DNA of 64,000 nucleotides from positions 32,240,001 to 32,304,000 of the forward strand of contig OX597828.1 of assembly GCA_951406725.2 (NCBI GenBank). The letters run 5' to 3'. This stretch comes from Octopus vulgaris (lineage: Eukaryota). Positions 51,571 through 64,000 of this stretch are shown here, in pieces; the stretch's first letter is position 1; every line of letters starts with the position of its first letter. The notes beneath the pieces were generated by a model. That model made no database searches and was not told the DNA's origin. It saw only the letters and a program-made list of their open reading frames with translations. Position numbers and translations under genes: made by a program.

Positions 51571-53064
51571 AATATGGTCGCATTAATATTTTACGTTCTA
51601 AATTCCGGTTCTCTATATTCTGTCTTCAAATCCCAGCTTCTTGAAGAGAACAACTGGAAACTTGTATTTCTATCAATTTTACTCATGATGGCTGAGTAAT
51701 CTACTTAATGGCGGAAGGGTAGAGTAGGAGCACTCTCAGACGTACAGAGACTGTTGGACAAGATTCATATGTACGTCTAGATTTTGTGCATGTTTGTGTG
51801 CGCAAGTGTATGTTCGCGCGCGTTACAAATCTTCGTATGTATTCCGTAAACGTCAGTACACTAAAAAAAAACCTTCATGAACCTAAGCACATCTAGAATA
51901 TTCGTGCGAAATTTACCGCGTAATATGACCAAAATTGGAAGCATAGTGTTGCTAAAAGTTTTCAAGAAATCCAATTTGTTGTAATTCACAGAGTTATCTC
52001 TTCTCGTCTGTCAGAGGTTTTCTTTATTGACTTCATGGATATTTTTGTTCAATCCAATATTTCCAAATACGTGAAACCATGTCATCAGTATATATTTAGT
52101 GTCTTACAGTTCGTTCATTGATATAATTCTTCATGCATCAATGGTTTTAGGTGCACAGAAAATGAAACAAACGCGTCCCGCAGTAAAATCGAACGACGTA
52201 CCTACTACAATATTTTACCTTCATGTTTTCGAAGAGTAGAAACACCTTAGTGTTTACTAGGGCTGTGGGGGTTTAATTAGTATTAGAAAATTTAATAATG
52301 AATTTAGAGCTAATTGCAAGGTTTCTAAATTTAAAACAAATATGCTAAAATTGTTTGAGTTTTCTAAATATCAACATGCTTTGTGGGAAGTAATTGTTTT
52401 ATGGTAATCACTTTCCCCTTTTAGCTTTTTTAACGTTAGGTGCATATTATTAGCTTCGTAAACTAACGAAGGTGCCAGAAACATTTTTTTTTGTTAAAAA
52501 AATAGCATCTTTTCTTTCTTCATTTTTGTTTTTCACTATTCTGAATTAAAATCCATCATTAGCTGATCTTCCGAAATTTGAATATTAAAATTTGATAGCT
52601 GTGGTGTATTGGTGTAAATACGTATCAAATATGCATTTCCCTTATAGATCATATGTAGTTATTCACTAGATTCAATGGAAACGTGAATTCACTGAACGAT
52701 ATGTATTTAGTTTCAAATAGTTAACATATCCTAATTATTGCACAATGGCAGGCTTTGAATTCATTTGATAATGTACAGAACCAAATTAATGTCTTAGCAT
52801 TGTCGAGATCTGTCAATGAAAACCCCATTTCGGCGAAAGGATGACTGTATGTTTAAGAAACTCATCTTGGAAGTATTTAGTCTCAGATTCAGACATATTG
52901 CTTTGGCAATTTGGGTGTCTTGTATTCTAGACGCGGTTCAACTGATGTCATGTGGATGAAATTGTGCGACGATAGAATTATGGACGGCATCATGTGGGTA
53001 TGTGTGTGTGCGTGTGTGTGTGTGTATGTGTGTGTGTGTGTGTGCGTATGTGCGTGCGTGTCAA

Positions 53065-53405
53065 TACTTTTTTAAAATTCGTGTTTCGTCGACCGTTTCC
53101 TATGACTTTATTCGTTAAAGCTTATGAAAACTTCAGATGTTCTTACAACTTTGGTAGCCGTAATGCTTTTCTTTTCTTTGTTTAATAATGATTCCTCATC
53201 GGAATGATTTTGCTTTCATTTTGTGATAGACAGCTATCATGCAGGAAATGCCAGCTTCCGAATCCTGTTTCCAGATAAGGTAAAATTCATTAAAGTTTAA
53301 ACGCCAGTATCAGAGAAGGGGAAGAGATAGGAAGAGCCAGAGAAACAGGGAATATGAGAGACACAGAGAGAGAGAGAGAGAGGGGGGGGGAGACAGGAAC
53401 AGAGC
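53065..53405 (-). mobile_element. Non-autonomous repeat (Helitron-associated), inverted copy of 56550-56875
   Basis: ttcctcatcggaatgattttgctttcatt...gacagctatcatgcag is the reverse complement of 56695-56750, and the homology extends on both sides. Confidence 0.7.
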
Positions 53406-55179
53406 AGAAGATATTATTTCTTTATTTCTATTTTCTTATAACGTGCTGGAGTCGATTCAATTTTCAAAAATAAAAAAGAAATCAATGTGGTGTCCCAGTT
53501 CATAACAGCAAAGATACAAAGATATTTCAGCTGTTTTCCACATTTCCTCGCTCCTGGTACATGCCCACCGCTGTGTTAGTATTAATTCACTTGCATCCAT
53601 ACCACTTAAGCGTTAAATTTAAGAACTTATACATCATTGTTATTAGCTTGCTATAAAGCAATAACTGTGACGGTTCTGGTGCGAACATTTCTTTTATTCT
53701 CTTCTTGTTTTACTGGTTGTTGCTCTTTTTTATAAATTTTTTATTTGTCAACTTTTAGCATGCGAGAATGAAGGAGGATATTTGAAAACCTTTGGTGTGT
53801 ACCGTGTGATGAATACAGTAACATAAATGGAAATGTCATAAATTTAGACAAAACAGTTTCAGCAGGTCGGTTTTCAAATACTTTACTGATTGCCCCAGGA
53901 ATATATGGCTGAAATATCTTGTAGTCACTGTGACAAGGCTGGAAATGATTAAAAGTTATGCGGAAGCGTAAATTTTGCTCTACTACACACATCATTATAT
54001 ATTGGTTGTTGGATTGATGTTGCCGTTACAAAAAGGGAAAAAAATGACAGCGTAGTTGCTTTCTTGCTAGGAAACTCACTTATTTATATGAACTAAAATA
54101 TGTGCGATGAATAACAATTTAAAAGGCTCAATAAACCAGGAAAAAGCTGGTCTTATGGGGACAATACAATGAAATATAGTAACCTATCATTCCTAGCAAC
54201 GATCCTATGGCACAATAAACAATTTATTCCTCTTAAATGACAGATATTTCTAACTACTTAGAATACAACCATACTATATTAAAATTTATGGCATTTCTCT
54301 AAACTATATTCGAAATATTTCACTTTTAAAAAGCTATAAATCTCAGTGATGTAATTTTCTTTATTCCCTCACAAACAATATTTTCTGGTTCGGTAAGGGT
54401 TAAAATAACTGATGTTGATAGTTTTCTGAAATCAAAGCCAAAAATTAAAGGAAAAATCTCAAAATACGTGCCGCTATTATCTGCTTTACTCTGCTCCTAA
54501 AAACACTCCATTAAGATTGAAAGTTTAGGTATTTAGATAAATAACTTTAGCTATGAGACGCTTAGGTATCGGCAAGAAAACAATTCTAATAGATGATTCT
54601 TTTCAATAATGATTTTTATGCTGCAGATATTAATGTTTTTCTGAGAATGAAACGTGATTTTTTTAATTAAATTATCTGAACGTTAATCTGTAAATTTCCC
54701 TCGCAGCTACAAAGCAAGTGTATCACATACGAATTAAGTTTACTAGGTATTCTTATAGCACTGAGAAAATCAAGTTTTATGGTTTACCAGGATTTTACCT
54801 AAGCTCATTCTCGAAGCTTCTATTATTCTTTTCTATTATTTTATAGTTCTTGTTCGGGTTCTTGTTTTTTGTAGCTTATTTGTTGTTTTTTTCTGTGATA
54901 TATATTGCATACACTTTCGCTCACATAAGCGGTTGTGTATATGATTAAAACATTTCTGAGCGCACGTAGATGTGTATGTATGTAGGAAGGTGTGTTCGTA
55001 TGTGTGTTTCAATTTGAGTAAAGGTTCAGTTTTGAATGTACCTTGTGATTGCATAGTACGCAACATCTGTTCTTGTATACATGTATATACACATACGTAC
55101 CATTCAGGGAACTGTAGACTTTCAGCAACAACACGCACGCACACAGCCAAGTATCCACACTTATACGTACATACATATA

Positions 55180-55347
55180 CAGAGACGTGGCTGTGTGGTA
55201 AGTAGCTTGTTTACCAACCACATGGTTCAGGGTTCAGTCCCACTGCGTGGCACCTTGGCAAGTGTCTTCTACTATAGCCTCGGCCCGTCCAAAGCCTTGT
55301 GAGTGGATTTGGTAGACGGAAACTGAAAGAAGCCCGTCGTATATATG

Positions 55348-55390
<43 letters not shown>

Positions 55391-55616
55391 GTGTGTGTGT
55401 ATGTGTGTCTGTGTTTGTCCCACTAGCATTCCTTGACAACCGATGCTGGTGTGGTTATTTCCCCGTTACTTAGCAGTTCGGAAAAAGAGAACGATAGAAT
55501 AAGTACTGGGCTTACAAAAGAATAAGTCCCGCGGTCGAGTTGCTCGATTAAAGGCGGTGAGCCAGCATGGCTACAGTCAAATGACTGAAACAAGTAAAAG
55601 AGTAAAGAGTAAAGAG
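55180..55616 (+). mobile_element. SINE family B, full length
   Basis: Collinear with 49990-50432, including the internal microsatellite and tail. Confidence 0.9.
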
Positions 55617-56104
55617 AGACCCTCACCTCATTTTACATACATATATAAAACCATATATGCGTGTGAAAGTATACACGTGTGCGTGTGTGTGTATGCATAG
55701 CCACATGTGTTGACAAACAGAAACATATATATATATATATATATATATATCATGTATACATATTTGCCTATGCATATGTATGTGAAATATCATCACAAAA
55801 CTCCCTCTTAGCTCACTTATATGTGTTGCAATTGAGTTGTAAGAGTGATTATATAACTAACTGAATTACTCAGGAAAGCAGAAGCTGTTTCTTTTCCTGC
55901 TCCCATTACACTGTTTCATGTCCTCTCCCGTGATTGATATTTATGGTAAGGCAATATCAAAGTTGAATTGGTGGACGGTTGGAAGGATGAGAGGATTAAC
56001 AGTGTACAACTATGTAATAATTGATCGATGGTTGATTGTTAAGACTTTTGCAGAGCCTCGTGAAATAATACATTTTTGGTCTTGTCCTCTCTGGAGCATA
56101 AACA

Positions 56105-56470
56105 CATGATTTGGATTGCCTCCTCTTGAGCATCAAAGAAACTGTTGGGAAGAAGCGGGTTCTACAAGGTTTAGGCCTCTAAACCCAGGGACTGTCCCTG
56201 AGCCTTGTTTATGGTCATTGCAAAATTTAGTTTCAGAGGAAATTACGATCGCTTGAACTCAAATGTTACGTCAGTAGGGATCAGCTGAATTCGTGGTATG
56301 AAGACAACCTCACCACTTGCTTTACCAGTGAGAATAGTCGCCTCTAAGACTTTTGGCATCTGCCTGCTTATTTTAAGTCGTGTGCCATTGCAAAGCTTGG
56401 GTGAGTCTAGGTTTCTTAAAAACATCACTGGTGTGCCAATTTTGAGGTGCAAGTTGTGAGGTGGGAGACG
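56105..56470 (-). pseudogene. Helitron RepHel PIF1-like helicase C-terminal fragment
   Basis: LPPHNLHLKIGTPVMFLRNLDSPKLCNGTRL...[38 protein letters not shown] contains the PIF1/Helitron helicase motifs. Confidence 0.9.
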
Positions 56471-56549
56471 TGCTTTAAGGGATAGGTAAACATTAAAGAA
56501 CACAGAATCAAAATTGGATCTTCCCTTCACTAAACACATTCTCAATCTC

Positions 56550-57000
56550 CCGCTCTGTCCTTGCCTCTCGTTCTCTCTGTCTCTCCCTTATATTCGCTGT
56601 CTACGCCTTCCTGTCTCCTCCCCTTCCCTCATGCTGGAGTTTAAAGTTTAATCAGTTTTACCTAATCAGAAACAGGATTTAAAGTTGAAATGTACTGCAT
56701 GATAGCTGTCATTCAGAGAATGAAAGCAAAATCGTTCCGATGAGGAATTATTATTAAACAAGGAAAAGCAAAGCCTTTCGACGACCAAAGTTGTAAGAAC
56801 TGATTTATAATAAGTTTTAATGAATAAAGTCATGGGAAACGGTCGAACAAACCTGTAAAGAATTTTAAAAATAAAAGATCTTCATGGAAATTGTTTTTGC
56901 AAATATTTGCAGAAATATGTCGTGATCAAGAAGCCTATCTATCGGAGAAGGCATGTTCTGTTGGAAACATTGCCCGACAACGACGGGCTATTCAGCTATT
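56550..57000 (+). mobile_element. Non-autonomous Helitron 3' part with terminal hairpin
   Basis: GC hairpin gcccg-acaacga-cgggc (56972-56988) followed by cagctatt (decayed CTRR end). Confidence 0.55.
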
Positions 57001-57228
57001 ATATATAGTGTTATTGTTTCAGTACGTTGGTAAAGTTCTAATAAATCTTAATACGGTGGTTTGAAAACAAATATAAAATCACTTTCCATTTCGCTTAATA
57101 GTTTCACATCTGTTGTTGGACAGTCTGTAAAAGTTTTGACTGAGCATACGATAGTTCATCACTAAAGCGTATGGGTTAAGTGATAGGTAAAAAAGAAACA
57201 AAGTAATTCGATCTTCCTTTCAATAAAA

Positions 57229-57503
<275 letters not shown>

Positions 57504-60500
57504 TTTACATATATACATGCATACACATATGAGTTCATGCATGCGTGAAGTCTATGCGTGCAGAAATGAGTGTTTGATATATTTCTTTTCTATCGTGTGC
57601 ATTCGACATTGTCATAATTAGTGATGCAGCCCCCTTAAATGACTGTCCTTACAGTATACCTCTCACACGATTTTATCGTACCTTTATTTGTCTCCCTACA
57701 TTCCAAACGATGGTACTTGATTTAATTAACGCTATAATGTCTACTTTCTGTAGCGTAGAAACTTAAATATATTAGATCTTCCTTTAATGTAAATTCTAAA
57801 AACACTATAGGAATTTATGATTCATCACTTACTACGTGTTTATGCCAGTTTCGTTATCTGAAACACAAACCATTTCTTTTTATTTCACCTCGTTTAAGCG
57901 GCAGAGATAATTCGTAAGCAATTATTATTGTTATTTTTCATCTTGCTTGTTCTATTCTTCAAAATGTTTTCTTCATCCGTTGGATGGCATTCTTTTGATA
58001 TGAAACCGAAGTGTTATGAAGATATTTTAATATCATAATCGATAGGGCATAATGTTCTAGAATATCGTCGAGTTGTAAGGAATGCTGCCGTTTAATTCGA
58101 TAACAGCTTTTAGGATATTTTCACCTCAATTTCACACATTTTCTCAAGAATCGAATTAATTTATAAACTACTAATGTTAACAGGGAAAGAACATGATTTC
58201 GATATTTCCTTCTCATTGTAAACGGCATTAACATCCTCAAACACTTGATTAAGGCTACCATCAAATTTTTGACGATGTATTCGTTTTATGCTATGTGGAT
58301 GTCTTCATCATAAGTGAACTTTCGTTTTCATCCATATATTATCACCTGGTGTTTTGAATTTATCATCTGTATTGTTATTTATATTAAACATATATACAGC
58401 ATTTTTGATATTTAGTTAAATACCTTTTGAAATCTAATGCACAGCATTACGTTAAAATTCAAACTCAATAATCCCACCAGATCATCAACCTCACAAAATT
58501 TGTCTGCACAGATGGTTGTTTAAATTTCCAGTTAGCCCAAAGCAAAGACCAGGCAAACGACGGAGGGTTTGAGTATTTCTAGGAACACGTACATCAGGTG
58601 GATTTTACCTGGCAAAATTTCCAGATGAGTACTACAAAGGAATTTGTATTCTATAGATTTTGAGAGAAAGCAGGTGGAAAGCTGTCCGGAAATCTCAAGC
58701 GTGATTTCAGGATGACTTTTGCATGAAATTGAACTCTTTTTATTTTTTCTGTTTTTATTGTAGTTTATGACTAGATTCGGCTTAGATGGTATTATTAGAG
58801 AAAACCCGTCAAAGAAAAATGGGTCGATGATGGATCTCATAATCAAAATCAATTCTTTGGACAGTTAGAAGCCCTGCAACACGTGTCACACTATCATACA
58901 CTTCGAGCTACCCATTTCGAAATAAAGGTTTATGTCCTCTCTACCACAATTTTTTTCATTCAAAAGAAAGTTTCTGTGCAAACCGCTCAATAGCAAAACT
59001 CGTCTTTAAAATGTTGAAAAATCTGTTACTAAAATCATTGGAGCTGAGAAAATGATGGTGACGCCTGGAATATTCAATGTTTATTTTCGAGACAAAAATC
59101 GCGTTGAATGTGACGATCATTTCCAATGATGCAAATAGGTTCGATGTATACCTATATTTTTCTTGTTTTCTTATCTTATTAATACATGAAGTTGTTGTGT
59201 GGAAGTAGAGTACCCCTATTGGTTGGCTCCCAATGGACTGTACCACAATATAAATGGATATACGCAGAGTGTCTTCAGTAGAGTAAAAACGAAAGTTGAG
59301 TATTTTCGATGGTTGTTACCAGTATCACGAGTGGAACGATTCGTGAGGGCGTTATTATCATCCCGTTATATCATACGTCGAACGTGCGATACAATAGTAA
59401 TCATATCTACAAATCCATCAGTTACACTGGGGGCGAATGCGAATACACAGACAGGCACGGCCTCGCAAACCACCTACACATACACACAGACATTTAATTA
59501 TAACTAAATCTGTATTTAGCTACACGCACGTGCGCGTTTATATAATATACGCATATGTGTATGTATGCGTTTGTTCATATATCTGGAGTCCCCACTCTCT
59601 TTATAGTTACTGCCTAAAAAGTCTAGTACTCTGCATGTATTTTATTTTTATATCCTGTAACCAGACGGTTTGACAAATAGAGATCGATAAAAGCGTATCA
59701 AAGTTATGAATAGAAACCGATATGAGATATGATCGACTACACTGCTGATTGACGGCGTTCTTGCATGGACGCTGACCTGCGAACAGTAAAATACATGTAA
59801 AATTCTAATGATGTATGTGTGTTTGGTTCTGCGTTTAAATATATTGGTGTGTCAGCGACATTTTGTTAACGTGCCTATGCGTGTTTATTTAATGTGATAG
59901 CCAATAGAGGATTATCATCTCTGAAGGTATGTTAAGTGACTGTGAGTCTAATCGTAAGATTGCTTGGAACGAATAGCCGGAAAATTGATTCCACCAAATG
60001 AAGTCAATAGTCAGGATGTGATGTTTAACGGGCCGGCCGATTTGCTTTAGCAATAAATTAACTTTGAGCGCACATACATACACATATGTATGTTTGTGCA
60101 CAAGGTGTATGTATATGTGTGCGAGCTTATATCTGTGCAAGTATAAAATTTGTCTAAATACTTAATTATCTCAGTTGGATTTCGACTCTACACTCTCTAT
60201 GAACCAATTCCTGACACCAAGAATATAAAGGAAAATTTATATAATTTTTATGTCACGAAATACTGACTGCAGTTTGATATATACCGCTATAATTTGTTGT
60301 GTAAATTATTAGGCAACCAGTTTTGTTTTGCTCCAAATTACATGATGTATATCTGTTGTATTATATACATATTTCATACATACATGGCATCATTTATTGA
60401 AATAAAAACGCACGGACACACATGTAATACAAGGCCTATATATATATGCTTTAACGTGTGCGCGTGGGTATGTTTATAAAGAGCATGTTTGTATATGTGT

Positions 60501-62939
60501 ATAAATGTATAAAGAGAGAGGAAGAGATAGATAGACTAAAGAAGAAGTTTTAAATCAAGATTAACTGCTGTGTCTCTATAAAATTTCATATCAGTCTTGT
60601 CACTATAAATTAGAGAATTTGATGAATGTGTTTCTATAATTGGTTTAGGCAAAAATATCATTGGGGGATCTCAATTTTCGGTTGATATTATTCGTTTTGT
60701 ATTTAAAAGTTAATTTTGTTTACATCAAATTAAATGAAAATATTTCCCCTCGTGATATTTACTCATAGGCGGTATATATTGTCACAGACAAATATATTTG
60801 TGTTGCACAAAATGTTATGTAATATATAACAATCCACAATATGGCATCACATTTTCGAATTGTGGTCTACGATTCAAATTTCTTTACTGAATATAACTCT
60901 TTAATTAGAATTAGTCTCAAATGATGTTGCTTTCCCTAATTGTGTTTTGCTTCCCATCCGCACTCTCACTCTCTCTCTCTCTCTCTCCAACTAAGGTCGT
61001 GTGTGTCTGCACGTGAGCTTCAGTGTGTATATTTTAATTGCTTCGATGCTTAATGGAAATATGGGAAGGATAAAAATTATCATTTGTGTGAATGGGAAAG
61101 TGTCACATTTAATTACGTAATTAGTATTAAAGTCTTTGACAGGTAATCCATCAAAAACTGAAAGGAAAGGGCAAAACCTCCATAATAGAAACGCAGTGTT
61201 GAGAATTGGTATTCCATAGCAAAAGTCGTCCGCTACATTAGATTTAGTTTACTTTTTATTCCAATGATATTCATACAAACTTTGAAAGCCGTCTTTATGC
61301 CATTCACCCATAAGAGAATAGTATATTATTATACACATATATGTAATTAAATATTCTCTGCATTATCTAGTGTATCAGAGTAGAGAGCCCAATTTCACAA
61401 TACAGATTTTGCTCTCTTTCCTATAGGAACAAATACGGCACGTTTTGAACTGAAGTAATCCAATCTATAAAATCTCGGTTGTAATGTTATGTTGATGACG
61501 CTCATAATTAGCTCTATCTCACCACACATTGAAATACTCTGTAAACAATGGGATTTTTTCCATGATATTTCCGTCTATTTTGTTTGTAATATTTCTATAA
61601 CGTAACTATAGAAAAAAATGAGAGTAAAATTGAGAGAATTTATATTTTTAGCTCAAAAACAAACAACGTCTTTTTCGTTCATTTTTTCTTTCTTACTTGG
61701 ATTCGATCAGCGAAAAATTTGCCAAATGAGTGCATGTATCAAATCCGTATTAGGAGCGTTGCCACTATATAATTATATCATTTTTACAATAATTAATTAG
61801 GTCACTTTTATTCATAACTTGAAACAAATCTCAAATTTCAACCATAGGTTATGATATTGCGAATCATCAATTAGAGCTATTTCAGTGCAGTTGCCACACT
61901 TGGAAGTTACTCGAAAAAGGACAAAATACTAAAGTATTTTCTTTACATGATTTCATTTAACATTTCACCTAGAATTTTTCTCTGCCCCACAATGTTAATT
62001 TTATAAATATAGCAACCACGTTTTTCAATTCATTGACTAAATGTCCGCTCTCGTTTACTGTTTGCTAATCGGATCAATCAATATCATTATTTTTAATTAT
62101 ACTCTGATCTCAATTGCTATTTTTCGATTTTCGATAGAAACAATTTCCCATCAATGAGTGCATCACAATACAACATAAAGATGGATGACGGATTATCTGA
62201 CTTCCTTTAATTTATATGAAAATACTAAACTATTAACTGCACTGTTTATTTGAAAAAAAAACACCTATAAATTTTAGAAGTTTATGTTAGAACTCAATAA
62301 GAGAAAGACGATTACCTTATATGGCCCAACTGAAATTAATGAAATTGACCTTAAACGTTTCCATCAGATTATCAAAACGGTACAAGAAGAAAAAATTTAT
62401 TTTCATAAAGATGAATAAATTCTGCCACAATTAATACGATATTATCTTTCGTGTAAAGCTAGATCATTTTGAGTGCAGGACACAATGTATCAGATATTTT
62501 ACATGTTTGATCTGAGATATTTCCTGTGCAGTGTAAAGAAAGTAAGTTTCCGTTATAGTTTCGCTTCAGGGAATTCTTGGATGGAAATGAACGATGAGTA
62601 AGATCGATCTGTTTATAACAAAATCGTCTTGTTTTATTTTGCGTTCGTTTTACATATATAATTCATCTCGGTACACGTTGTTTAATGTTTGAATTCCTTT
62701 TTAATACAATAACTTATGATGTGAGGAATACAGGTTTGCTAATTTTTACTAGTTCAAGTAACTCTTTGAATATTCACTTGTCATAATATTTGGAGATATT
62801 CTAAAAAAAGGCGAAACCATTGTAAATTTTTCTCTTCAAAGAATACAAAGAGAAATTCATTTACATTCCCAAATTTATTTGAATAATGGGGTGTAGTGAT
62901 GAAATTAGATTTACAAAGCAAGAATCAAACTAGAAATAT

Positions 62940-63332
62940 CGTAAAGGCCATATACGAATGTCCAAACTTTTGTGTGTGGTTAAATGAAACCTTTCAAAAT
63001 GAATGCCGGACATCGGCTGGAGTGCGTATTGCCACCTATCCTTTTCGTAATTTTTGTGAACTGGGTTGACGTACGCAATTAATTTAGAAGTGGTATCACA
63101 GTCGGTCGATACCACATTGGTTTGTTTCATATTTGCGGACGACATGGTGCTTCTTTGCTCATCAGAAGATGATATCCAGCAGCATACACTGAATGGGTTC
63201 TTTGCCGAATTGTGTAAGTCAGGTAGAGAATGAGTGTTGCGAAGACTGAAACGTGGGCCTCTCAAGGAAGGTTTTTCAGTGCACTTTGCATGTCAGTGGA
63301 ATATAACTCAGATGGAGTATTTTAAGTATCTA
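62940..63332 (+). pseudogene. RTE/RTEX-like LINE reverse transcriptase fragment
   Basis: Plus strand gives ECVLPPILFVIFVN (QGC.LSP.LF), FADDMVLLCSSEDDIQ (YADD box) and YFKYL. Confidence 0.7.
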
Positions 63333-63394
63333 TATATATATATATATATTATGTTATAAGCTGTGCAGCGTCCGAACACAAATGTTTCGTCGGT

Positions 63395-63472
63395 GGGTTT
63401 TGGAATCAGAACGTAGATTGGCAGAACAAATACTACAAGGTATTTTGTCGGAAGCTATAATACTTCTGCCAA
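63395..63472 (-). mobile_element. SINE family A degenerate fragment
   Basis: tcagaacgtag...aaatactacaaggtattttgtc...ttctgcca. Confidence 0.4.
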
Positions 63473-64000
63473 TACAGCAAATTTCTTCATGTGTCAAAAT
63501 AATGGAAAACTGAAAGTCGCTTCATTTAAAAGTTTATTTTTATTTTAAATCGGGTAACTTTAGTATACATATTTTAGCATTATTATACCTCTCAGTAAAA
63601 CACACACACACACATACACACACACCCACATCATTTTCTTGTGTGTGCGTGCGCGCATGCTATTGTAATGAAGTCAATGCTAATTATAATTGTTGCAGTT
63701 TATTACCAATTTCAGTGTGAAAAATATTTTTTTGTTGTTTCCGTCTGATTTTTTCCTGTTATAACATCTTGCATTTGATAGAGTAGTTAAAAGTTTAAGT
63801 TCGGGAACAGAGCTAGACATGTTAATTAATTTCAATAATTCAGTAAGCGGCAGTTTTTAATCAAAAGAAAACAATGCTATTTGAAACTAAAAAAAAAAAA
63901 TTGTCTTTCCTTAACTATTATTTTTTCCTTTATATCTCATCAATTTTAATATTATTTTCTTTTTTCTGTTAAAGTAACACAAGAGAAAATAGTGTGTAAT

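Noticed and set aside
54380-54403. ...taagggTTAA resembling a piggyBac right terminus
   Set aside because: I found no matching TTAAccct left end nearby, and the motif is too short on its own.
58050-59510. Higher-complexity stretch with several 60-106 aa ORFs
   Set aside because: No recognisable protein motif in the frames I read. It could be an old transposon remnant and needs a BLASTx search.

Overview
AT-rich, microsatellite-dense eukaryotic DNA with no host protein-coding exon that I can support, so it is probably intergenic or intronic. The SINE families and the (TA)n/(GATA)n/(AAT)n landscape look like octopus or another cephalopod (recognised by eye, not searched). Almost everything recognisable is transposon-derived: a decayed, near-full-length Tx1/L1-clade LINE (~39.5-44.8 kb, minus), five R4/Dong-like restriction-like-endonuclease (RLE) LINE fragments, CR1-type and RTE-type RT fragments, a Helitron PIF1-helicase fragment, about 25 copies of three to five tRNA-derived SINE families, two foldback elements and many simple repeats. 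The most interesting signals are non-coding. (i) Several minimal Penelope-type hammerhead ribozyme motifs are present, including a canonical-core one next to an inverted tRNA-derived Pol III head (14889-15120) and a family with a variant CUGUUGA core (585-620, 46094-46133). (ii) The youngest SINE copies share a ~40-nt 3' tail with the Tx1 LINE, suggesting a SINE-Tx1 partnership, and one such copy sits inside the Tx1 ORF1 with a 14-bp target-site duplication. Nearly all listed ORFs are microsatellite or pseudogene artefacts.
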